This document shows positions 53,001 through 60,595 of a stretch of 64,000 nucleotides of DNA, piece after piece (position 1 is the first letter of the stretch; each line of letters opens with the position of its first letter). The DNA comes from an uncultured Verrucomicrobiae bacterium (GTDB lineage Bacteria > Verrucomicrobiota > Verrucomicrobiia > Chthoniobacterales > UBA10450), in contig CAVSDR010000003.1 in the NCBI GenBank assembly GCA_963726745.1, positions 32,001 through 96,000 of the forward strand. The letters are read 5' to 3'. Under the pieces are notes generated by a model. The model worked only from the letters and a program-made list of their open reading frames with translations. It searched no databases and was not told the DNA's origin. A program made the translations under genes and the position numbers.

Positions 53001-53139
53001 GCCGGAGCGAGCCGGTCCCGGTGTCGTTCGCATTGGTCACCGTGAAAACGGCCGCCCTCGCGGCCTGTTCCCCGAGCACCAAAGTGCTGGCTAAAAATGA
53101 AAGGAGCGACAGGCGGCGAAAGCGAAAGAGCGACATCAT
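50082..53139 (-). CDS. Large secreted protein: two beta-helix/choice-of-anchor-Q modules, (PT)n linker, duplicated C-terminal domain; frameshift near 50870
   Basis: Signal peptide; VTNAND.G.GSLR twice; LGPLGNTGG.T.T...SPALD..DQRG..R...DLGAVE twice; NISTR domain in the shifted frame. Confidence 0.8.
50879..51070. repeat. Hexamer tandem repeat: 4 x GTCGGC plus 28 x GTTGGC, encoding the Pro-Thr linker
   Basis: Direct count: the 168 bp from 50903 to 51070 are perfect GTTGGC units. Confidence 0.95.
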
Positions 53140-53253
53140 AGAAGGGCCGAAGGCCGCACAAGGTGCGTCCCCCAGCCCCTGCTGTCGAGCGCTTGCCGTG
53201 CCACGGGCAAGGGCGCGCGGCGCCAAGCGACACCGCGGCCCCGCCGGGGGGTG

Positions 53254-56200
53254 TTACTCGAGCAGGTAACCTTCCACCAAGGCCACGCCGATGGTGTCAT
53301 CCCGGCCGCGGACGATGGCGGTGTAGTTGCCAGGGACAAACGTCGCCACGATGGCGGATTCGCGGTCGTCGCTCGGCGGCACGGTGCTGGCGATCACTTC
53401 CGCTTCCTGGGTCTCGCGCCAGTTGTCGTTCCGGATGGAGTTCCCATTCGAGTCGAACAATTCCAACGTCGTGTCTTGGAGCGCGCCCGTCACCCCGCGG
53501 GCTGCGAGCGACGGCCCGATCGCGCGGATGATCAGTTTTGCTGGATACATTCCACCAACGATGAAGCCACCGATCATGACGTCGTCCCCCGTCCGGACGA
53601 AGCCGCGGCTGGAGATATTAGCCAGGCGAATGGGTGTGCCAGGTTCGAGATCATAAACCTCCACCAAGCCCACTCCGGTCCCGCCATTTTTCCCCTCCAG
53701 GATGGCGGTGTGCCCGCCGGGGCTCAGCGTGGCTACGATGGCCGACTCGCGGTCGTTCGAGGGCGGAACGGTGGTCTCGATGATCTCGCTCTCCTGGCTG
53801 CTGCGCCAGTCATCGTTCACGATCGCGCCGCCGTCGACGCGCAGGACGGGATCGGCCAGCGCGCCGCTCAACGGGAGCGACGGGCCAATTCCACGGATGA
53901 GCACCTTTTTCGGCTGAGCGCCGGTGACGATGAACCCGGCGATGAGCACGTTAGCGCCCGTTTCCACGCGCATGCGGGTGGCAATGTTGAGTGCCTTGGG
54001 CAGGGGTGGATTGGCGCCGTTCACTTGGAGCGACATGCCTGCGGGCCCGAAACTGACCTGCGCATTGGAGGTCACGCTCGCGAAAGTGCCGTTCGCCGCG
54101 CCGTAGGTGAGAGGGTTAAAAATGTCGCCCGCTTGCGGGACGAAGTCGTTGAGCGTGCGCACGACCAGGCGTCCCCCGAGGTTGGCGGTGCCGCTGATTT
54201 GGAGTTGATCGAATTGCGACGGGCCGGCGCCTCCCACTTCGAGAACCAGAGTGCCGTTTGCGCTTTGGGTGAAATTGCCATCCACGAAGATGCGACCGAG
54301 CGGAGTGCCCGGATCAATAAACGCGCCTTGATTTAGGACGGCTCCGCGCAGGTCGCCAATGCCGCTGATGGTTCCGCCAGTCAGCAAGATTTCGCCAGCG
54401 GCGGGGGCAGCGGCGGAACCGGCGCGCGCAGGTTGAATGGTGCTGCCGTCATTGCCGATAAGAGTGCTGCCATCATTCCCGATAAGCGGCGCGCCATCCG
54501 GACCGAGCAAGGTCGAGCCATCGTTGCCGATCAGGGTGCTGCTATCGAGGCCGATCAAGGTGCCGCCATCCAAGCCGACGAACCCGGTGCCGTTGGGATT
54601 CATCTGCCCGGGAGCCAACTGAAGAGCGCCGCCTCCGATGGTCGCACCGCCAGGCGCTCGGAGAATAGTGTTGGGCCCGAGCGTGGTCAGGCCCCCCAGC
54701 TGATTAAAGGAAACGGCGGGAACTTGGAGTGGCCCCTGCGAGATCTGTGAAGGCCCGGCCTGAATGGAGCCACGGTTTTCAATCACGACGTTTTCCCCAT
54801 TGAAGGAGTCAGCCGTGATCACGCAGGTGCTCTGGTTAATCAGATTTACCGACCGCAAGATCGGGCTTTGTCCGAGGATCAGGAACTTTCCAGCCGGGCC
54901 GTTGATATAGAGGTCGAGGTGGTCGATCTGGCCCGTGGCATGCAGGGTTCCGTAAACGTCCAGCGACGGTTGCACCGTGGCACTGGAGCTGGCGCCTACT
55001 CTCCCATTGACGGTCAGGTGCCGGACTTGAATGCCGAAATCGAGCGAGACGTTGTGGCCGGGTTGGATGATCACGTGATCCCATCGGCCCGGGGCGAGGG
55101 TACTCCCCCAGGTCGAAGGATTGTGCCATGAGCCGCTGCCGGCACTGCGAAAGAGCAAGCCGGGAGGGCTGGCCGCCGCGGCCTCGCTCGCAGCGCTGCC
55201 TTTCCTTGCCGGCTGCGATGCGGCCGACGGCGCGACGATGACGACAATTTGCGGCGATTCCGCTTTCGCTCCATCGGCGCCCGTGGCCACGGCGGTGATC
55301 TTGTGGTATCCAGGCTGGAGCCGGGCCGTGAGGGAGAAGGGCGCGCTCAGATCGGTCGCGACGTTCGCTGCCTCGTCCACCGTCAGCCGGACTTTCGTGC
55401 CGGGCTGCGTATCGTCTAACTCCACGTTAAAGGTGACATCCTGTGCGCCCGTAAATTCCGTGCTGGGCGCGGGCAAGGTGATCAATACCTGCGGGATCCG
55501 GCGCACGGCGGCGTTAAACGCGGTGGCGTCGAAGGTGTGCTCGCCATTCGATCCCACCACGAAATCAAGCGTGTCGCCGCTGGCGAGCGTGAGATCTCGC
55601 GAACGCATCCAGGCTCGGCCAGTCCTCGCGACGGTCGATTCGAAACTTTGGGAGAAGAGCTCCTGGCCATTCTTGATCACGTAAGCGGTCGCACCGTTGC
55701 CGCCGTGGTTGTCGAGATCGACCCAGCGCGCCATGACGCGGTAAACGCCCGTGGCCGGAGCGGTAAAGCGCGCGACGAGGAAGTCATTAGCGCTGCCTGG
55801 GCTGAGATACATTTGCGTTGGCAAAAGCGGCAGGTAATCGCCCGATCCGGTATTGAAGATGATCGGCGTAGTCTTCGTGTTCACGCCGAGGGTTGCCTGG
55901 CCCGACGCGATCCAACCATCGAGGCCGCTGGCCGCATTGACGTGTTGCGCCGGCGTGAACAGGGTGAGCGCGGTGCCCGCTGCCGTCGCGCGAGAACCGT
56001 ACTTCCATTGCGGCACCTTGGCGTTCACCGGGTTTGTTTCGTTCGAATTATTCGGTTTCTCGTGGCTTAATAAATCCCGGCCCGCTCCCCAAAGCACCGG
56101 AATCGGGATGGGATTCGGAGGCTCTGCGCCGAATTCATACGCCCCGATATCGACCGGGTTGGCAGCGGTGCCCGCGCGCGGAGCGCTTCGTTGATCGATG

Positions 56201-57591
56201 GATACTACCGGCACCGTGCCCAGATCGGAGCAGGTCGCCGCGAAGACGCAATTATCACCCATGTTGACCGCCGGAGAATTCGCCTCGAGAGCGTGCGTGG
56301 CGGTCGGCCCACCGTTGGCACCTAAGGAGCCGATTTGCGGTGCGACGTTAATCTTATCGCTCGCGGCCCACGTGATCGTCGTCCCACTGGTATTGCCGAT
56401 CAGGTTATAGCCAAGTGTGATAAACCCGGTCCCGCCGTTTGTCGCTAGATCCGGCCCGTTGCCGTTGCCAGCGATGTTCCCCGCAATGAGCGAATTTTTC
56501 GACCGAACCTCGCTCCCAGTTTCGAAGGTCACCGAGATACCGCCGCCGCCGCCGAAGGAAGTGTTCGTCGAAACCGTTTCGTTGCCGGTGACGGTACAAT
56601 TCAAGAGAAGGACACTGCTTCGGCCTTGATTGAAAAGCCCGCCTCCCCCGCGGCCCGCCTTGTTTCCGCTGATGGTGGAATTTATCATGGTCAGGGACGC
56701 AGATTGGTTACCTGATTGCGCACTCACGATGCCGCCACCTGCAGTGAAGACCGCAGGGTTGGTATTGCTCACCATATTTCCCGAAATGGTGGAGCGACGG
56801 ATGGTCATCACTCCTGCCAGATTTTGCACGCCGCCCGCGCCAAAGACCGCGCTGTTGCCACTAATGGTCGTGTCCTCGATCGTCACGCTGCCCTGATTGT
56901 TGGTCACGCCACCGCCCTCGGAGCTGCTATTCGGACTGGGAGGAACTGCGGTGTTGTCGCTGATCACGGAATTCGAAATCACGACGTTTCCTCGCAGCGT
57001 GTAGAAACCGGCGCCTCCACTCGCCACGTTGCCGGTCACTCTCGAGTTGCTGATCGTCATCGAAGTCTGACCACAGAGAATCCCCCCACCGATATTGGCG
57101 GTGTTGCCGGTGACGATGGAGTTCGTCAGGGTCATCGCCTCGCCGCTGTGATTAATTCCGCCGCCGAAGCTTTCGCTCGCCTTTCCCCCGGTGATGGTCA
57201 CGCCGTTGAGCGTCAACTTGCCGCCGTTGGTGAGGACACGGCTCGCGTTGTTGCCCGAGATCCGGAGTTCTTCTGGGTTCGGATGCGTGATCGTCAGCGC
57301 GCCTCCGGTCGCCTTTTCGACCACGAGCAACTCGCCCGTGGTCAGCGTGATGGTGCAGACCCCGTCCAGGCATCCGGGATCGCTCGCGGGAATGGCGAAA
57401 TTGATCGTGTCATCGGCCGGCGTGGCATTTGCATCCGACACCGCTTGCCGAAGACTTCCGGGTCCACTGTCCGCGGTCTTGGTCACCGTATACGTCGCCG
57501 CCGACGCGCTGGAATGAAACAGCGCACTGAAGAACAGCGCGAAGCCGCCAAAGATGCTCAGAGTGTGAAGTCGTGGCGTCGTTTTTTTCAT
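53254..57591 (-). CDS. Very large secreted multidomain protein (beta-helix, choice-of-anchor Q, jelly-roll/Ig-like, octapeptide repeats, duplicated C-terminal domain)
   Basis: Signal peptide ending ASA; VTKTADSGPGSLRQA; STISGN repeats; NGGPTATHAL..SPAV..DQR..DIGAYE; FTQSANGTL..DQL; NIATR/NISSR domains. Confidence 0.85.
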   Translation of the reverse strand: MKKTTPRLHTLSIFGGFALFFSALFHSSASAATYTVTKTADSGPGSLRQAVSDANATPADDTINFAIPASDPGCLDGVCTITLTTGELLVVEKATGGALTITHPNPEELRISGNNASRVLTNGGKLTLNGVTITGGKASESFGGGINHSGEAMTLTNSIVTGNTANIGGGILCGQTSMTISNSRVTGNVASGGAGFYTLRGNVVISNSVISDNTAVPPSPNSSSEGGGVTNNQGSVTIEDTTISGNSAVFGAGGVQNLAGVMTIRRSTISGNMVSNTNPAVFTAGGGIVSAQSGNQSASLTMINSTISGNKAGRGGGGLFNQGRSSVLLLNCTVTGNETVSTNTSFGGGGGISVTFETGSEVRSKNSLIAGNIAGNGNGPDLATNGGTGFITLGYNLIGNTSGTTITWAASDKINVAPQIGSLGANGGPTATHALEANSPAVNMGDNCVFAATCSDLGTVPVVSIDQRSAPRAGTAANPVDIGAYEFGAEPPNPIPIPVLWGAGRDLLSHEKPNNSNETNPVNAKVPQWKYGSRATAAGTALTLFTPAQHVNAASGLDGWIASGQATLGVNTKTTPIIFNTGSGDYLPLLPTQMYLSPGSANDFLVARFTAPATGVYRVMARWVDLDNHGGNGATAYVIKNGQELFSQSFESTVARTGRAWMRSRDLTLASGDTLDFVVGSNGEHTFDATAFNAAVRRIPQVLITLPAPSTEFTGAQDVTFNVELDDTQPGTKVRLTVDEAANVATDLSAPFSLTARLQPGYHKITAVATGADGAKAESPQIVVIVAPSAASQPARKGSAASEAAAASPPGLLFRSAGSGSWHNPSTWGSTLAPGRWDHVIIQPGHNVSLDFGIQVRHLTVNGRVGASSSATVQPSLDVYGTLHATGQIDHLDLYINGPAGKFLILGQSPILRSVNLINQSTCVITADSFNGENVVIENRGSIQAGPSQISQGPLQVPAVSFNQLGGLTTLGPNTILRAPGGATIGGGALQLAPGQMNPNGTGFVGLDGGTLIGLDSSTLIGNDGSTLLGPDGAPLIGNDGSTLIGNDGSTIQPARAGSAAAPAAGEILLTGGTISGIGDLRGAVLNQGAFIDPGTPLGRIFVDGNFTQSANGTLVLEVGGAGPSQFDQLQISGTANLGGRLVVRTLNDFVPQAGDIFNPLTYGAANGTFASVTSNAQVSFGPAGMSLQVNGANPPLPKALNIATRMRVETGANVLIAGFIVTGAQPKKVLIRGIGPSLPLSGALADPVLRVDGGAIVNDDWRSSQESEIIETTVPPSNDRESAIVATLSPGGHTAILEGKNGGTGVGLVEVYDLEPGTPIRLANISSRGFVRTGDDVMIGGFIVGGMYPAKLIIRAIGPSLAARGVTGALQDTTLELFDSNGNSIRNDNWRETQEAEVIASTVPPSDDRESAIVATFVPGNYTAIVRGRDDTIGVALVEGYLLE

Positions 57592-57820
57592 AGGTGTTCT
57601 GATCAAAAATGTCCGGCTCATAGAAGTTCCCTTTGCCCATTACGCCGGAAACGGCGCGAAAAGAGCTCACGCGCCGCGCAAAAAAAATCGTGGGGACGAG
57701 CGCGACCGCGCGAAGGGCGACGCCTTGGTGGCCGCTAAGCATGATTGGACGCCGCCGCGCGCAAGATCCTCGCCCGCGCTGGCGAGGGACAAGCCGCTGT
57801 CTAAAGTCGAGCCCGCTCCC

Positions 57821-58306
57821 CTAGTCGCGGAAATTCTTGAAGTTGGTCGCGACGCCGAAGTCTTTGCTCCGGACAAACGCGATCACTTCCTGGAGTTCGT
57901 CGCGCTTTTTCCCGGTCACACGAATCTGGCGCTCCTGGAGCGCGTTCTGGGTCTTGAAGCCGCCGGCCTTGATCGCGGCGATGATTTCCTTCGCCTTCTC
58001 ACCTTCCATTCCCTGGATGATTTTCAGCTCCTGGCGCGCGTGGCCCATGGAGGAAATTGCCGGGTCTTCCTGCTTGATGTTGCGCAGGTCCACGCTCCGG
58101 CGGGAGAGCTTGTTGATCACGATTTCGCGGAGGCCGTGCAGGCGGTTCGCATCCTCCGCGGTGAGTACGATCTTGTCTTTCTCGTGCACGATTTCGGCGG
58201 TGCTTCCCTTGAAATCGAAGCGGGTCGCGAGTTCCTTGCGCGCCTGGTTGAGCGCGTTGTCGATTTCCTGCTGGTCCACTTCCGAGACGATGTCGAACGA
58301 AGGCAT
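57821..58306 (-). CDS. yajQ: YajQ-family nucleotide/c-di-GMP-binding protein
   Basis: MPSFDIVSEVD.QEIDNA, RFDFKGS, RVTGKKRDELQ, NFRD. Confidence 0.95.
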   Translation of the reverse strand: MPSFDIVSEVDQQEIDNALNQARKELATRFDFKGSTAEIVHEKDKIVLTAEDANRLHGLREIVINKLSRRSVDLRNIKQEDPAISSMGHARQELKIIQGMEGEKAKEIIAAIKAGGFKTQNALQERQIRVTGKKRDELQEVIAFVRSKDFGVATNFKNFRD

Positions 58307-58313
58307 GGGGCGA

Positions 58314-58348
58314 ATTTGCGATTGCTGATTTTCGATTGTCGATTGTTT
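58314..58348. repeat. Five degenerate heptamer repeats in the divergent intergenic gap
   Basis: ATTTGCG ATTGCTG ATTTTCG ATTGTCG ATTGTTT. Confidence 0.6.
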
Positions 58349-58353
58349 TTCTG

Positions 58354-59730
58354 ATGTTTCTCTTTCGCGGCGTGCGGGCCCGTCCATTTTTCCAGGGACT
58401 GCTCTGCGCGCTACTCCTGGCCGGCTGCCACCGAATGAGCAGCGAGCAACGCCAGCTCCGCGCGGAGTTGCGGAAAAATCTGCGGGAAGGCCACTACGAA
58501 AAGGCGACCGAGCTGGCCCTGCGCAACCTCGAGTTTTCGCCGAATGAAGACGGCGCCTGGTCGCACCTGGTGCGCGCGCAGATCGGCGCGGGCGACTTTG
58601 AGCATGCGCACCAGTCGCTGGTCGATTGGCGCACCCGCGTGGCCAAAGTGTCGGCTAAATATGGGGAGCTCGCCGGCGATCTCGCCCTGGCCGAGAACCA
58701 GCCGGCGCGCGCGCTCGAGGAATGGAGCCGCCTGCTCGAGCAGGACCCGAAAAACGTGCGCCTGCTCACAAAGGTGGCCGGGCTCTATCGCAGGCGCAGC
58801 GCCGCTGGGAAGAGACCGAGGCGACCTGGAGCAGAATCCTCGCGGTGGAAACGACCGGCCCGGCGCTTGATGGAACGCGCCCTCGCCCGCCGTCAATTGC
58901 ACCGCTGGCCCGAAGCGGTGGCCGACGCGCAGCGCGCGCAGAAAATCGCGCCGGATGAGCCGACGGTTTATCGCGGCGCGCGGCTCTTTAATCGGCTGGC
59001 TAAATTTCTCGCGGAGATCCGCGAGCTCGACGCGCGGCTCGCGCTCGCGCCGGAGGATGACCAGACGCTGGCCGATCGCGCCCTGCTTTTTCTCCGGAGC
59101 GAAGACGCCGAGATGGCGCTCTCCGATAGCTTGCTCGCGCAGCGCATGGCGCCCTGGGCGGTGCGCCCAAAATTATTCGGCGCGCTCGCTGCGCTGGAAC
59201 TCGGGCGACCGGCGGAAGCCGAGATTTTCAGGGTGGAGCCGCACCTGCAAATCGAGAATCTGACGCCGGAAATCCTGCAAACCATCAGCCGACTGGACGC
59301 GGAGCTTTCGGTCGAGCGCGGGAACGCGGAATTACTCGTTAGCCGGGCCTGGCAGCTGAATGAAATCGACCAGCCGCGACTCGCGCTGGCGGATGCGGAA
59401 GAGGCGCTCAAAACCGCGCCAGAGATGACGAGCGCATTGGCGGAACGCGCCTTCGCGCTCGCGAAGCTCAGCCGCGGCGAGGAAGCGCTGGCCGATCTCC
59501 GCCGCGCGACCGAGCTCGAACCCAATCTCGCCAGCGCCTGGCAATACCGCGGCGACTTGGAGTTTGCTCACGGCGACTTTCCCGCGGCCGCGGAGTCGCT
59601 CAGCCATGCGCTCACGCTCAGCCCAAACGTGGCCGCGCTCGAGAAACGCGAGCAGGCCTACCGCCGACTCGGGTTGACCGAAAAGGCCGATGAGGACCGC
59701 CGCGCGCTCGACGCGCTCAAGGGGCCGTAA
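58354..59730 (+). CDS. TPR-repeat lipoprotein (compensating indels near 58790 and 58860)
   Basis: LLAGC lipobox and multiple TPR-like helices; an alternative frame restores ALSQAQRRWEETEATWSRILAVE. Confidence 0.78.
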   Translation: MFLFRGVRARPFFQGLLCALLLAGCHRMSSEQRQLRAELRKNLREGHYEKATELALRNLEFSPNEDGAWSHLVRAQIGAGDFEHAHQSLVDWRTRVAKVSAKYGELAGDLALAENQPARALEEWSRLLEQDPKNVRLLTKVAGLYRRRSAAGKRPRRPGAESSRWKRPARRLMERALARRQLHRWPEAVADAQRAQKIAPDEPTVYRGARLFNRLAKFLAEIRELDARLALAPEDDQTLADRALLFLRSEDAEMALSDSLLAQRMAPWAVRPKLFGALAALELGRPAEAEIFRVEPHLQIENLTPEILQTISRLDAELSVERGNAELLVSRAWQLNEIDQPRLALADAEEALKTAPEMTSALAERAFALAKLSRGEEALADLRRATELEPNLASAWQYRGDLEFAHGDFPAAAESLSHALTLSPNVAALEKREQAYRRLGLTEKADEDRRALDALKGP

Positions 59731-59736
59731 GGCGAC

Positions 59737-60501
59737 TCAGGGCATCTCCCAAATGCGGATGCTGCCCTCTTCCGCGCGCAGCCGGAAAGATGCGCCCGCC
59801 CCAGAACCGGTCGTTAGGCGAACCGCGCCCGCGCCTTCCAGGCCCGGGATGTTACCCAGGATGGCACCGCGAGTCGTGGCCAGGTCCAGGACCACCGCCG
59901 CGCCGTGCGGCAGGGAGACATTGAGGTCGCCGTTTTTGACCGCCGCAGAAACCTCGAATCGCCGCGGATCGCCCCAGCCGTAGAAAAGGTCGGCTACCCC
60001 GCGGCCGATCTCCAGCTCGGTAGGCGCGAAGCAATTCTCCACTGAGAGCTTCCCGTTCCCCAACCGCACTTTGACCAGCTCGCCGCGCAGGCCATTCACG
60101 ATGATCTCGCCGTCTTCCACCTCCAGCCCGGTGAGCGTGGCCGTGGCTGGCACGAGCAGAAAATAATCGACCGTGCCGGAGCGATCGGCGGTTGTGAGGC
60201 CCACCGGTTTCGCGGGGAAAACCGTGTCGATCGTGACGACGTCGCCGCTGCGCTGCACCTGCACCTGAATCGCGTCGAGCCGCGCTTGGGTGAAGGCTTT
60301 TTTGATCGCCGTCAGGCGCACGCCTGGCTCGTCGGAGGCGTAAATGTGGACCGTGCCTTCGGCGTTGCGCACGCTCAGGCGGACGTGGTCGCCCACGGCA
60401 TAACTTTCCTGCACGATCGCTTCCAAGGCCGGGCGCGCGCGCGCAGGAAGACCGGCGCCCAGCAAGAGAGCAGCGACGAGCAGAGCGCGAACGTGATGCA
60501 T
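59737..60501 (-). CDS. DUF4097/adhesin-like beta-strand repeat protein
   Basis: Signal peptide; LSVRNAEGTVHI, VDYFLLVP, NGDLNVSLP, GSIRI. Confidence 0.7.
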   Translation of the reverse strand: MHHVRALLVAALLLGAGLPARARPALEAIVQESYAVGDHVRLSVRNAEGTVHIYASDEPGVRLTAIKKAFTQARLDAIQVQVQRSGDVVTIDTVFPAKPVGLTTADRSGTVDYFLLVPATATLTGLEVEDGEIIVNGLRGELVKVRLGNGKLSVENCFAPTELEIGRGVADLFYGWGDPRRFEVSAAVKNGDLNVSLPHGAAVVLDLATTRGAILGNIPGLEGAGAVRLTTGSGAGASFRLRAEEGSIRIWEMP

Positions 60502-60595
60502 GCGGCACGCTAGCATAGGATCGATTCGCGTCGCCCAACGGCCGGTGAGATAGCCGGCGAAAGGCACGACCCGGTAGGGGCCTGGAGCCCGAGTT

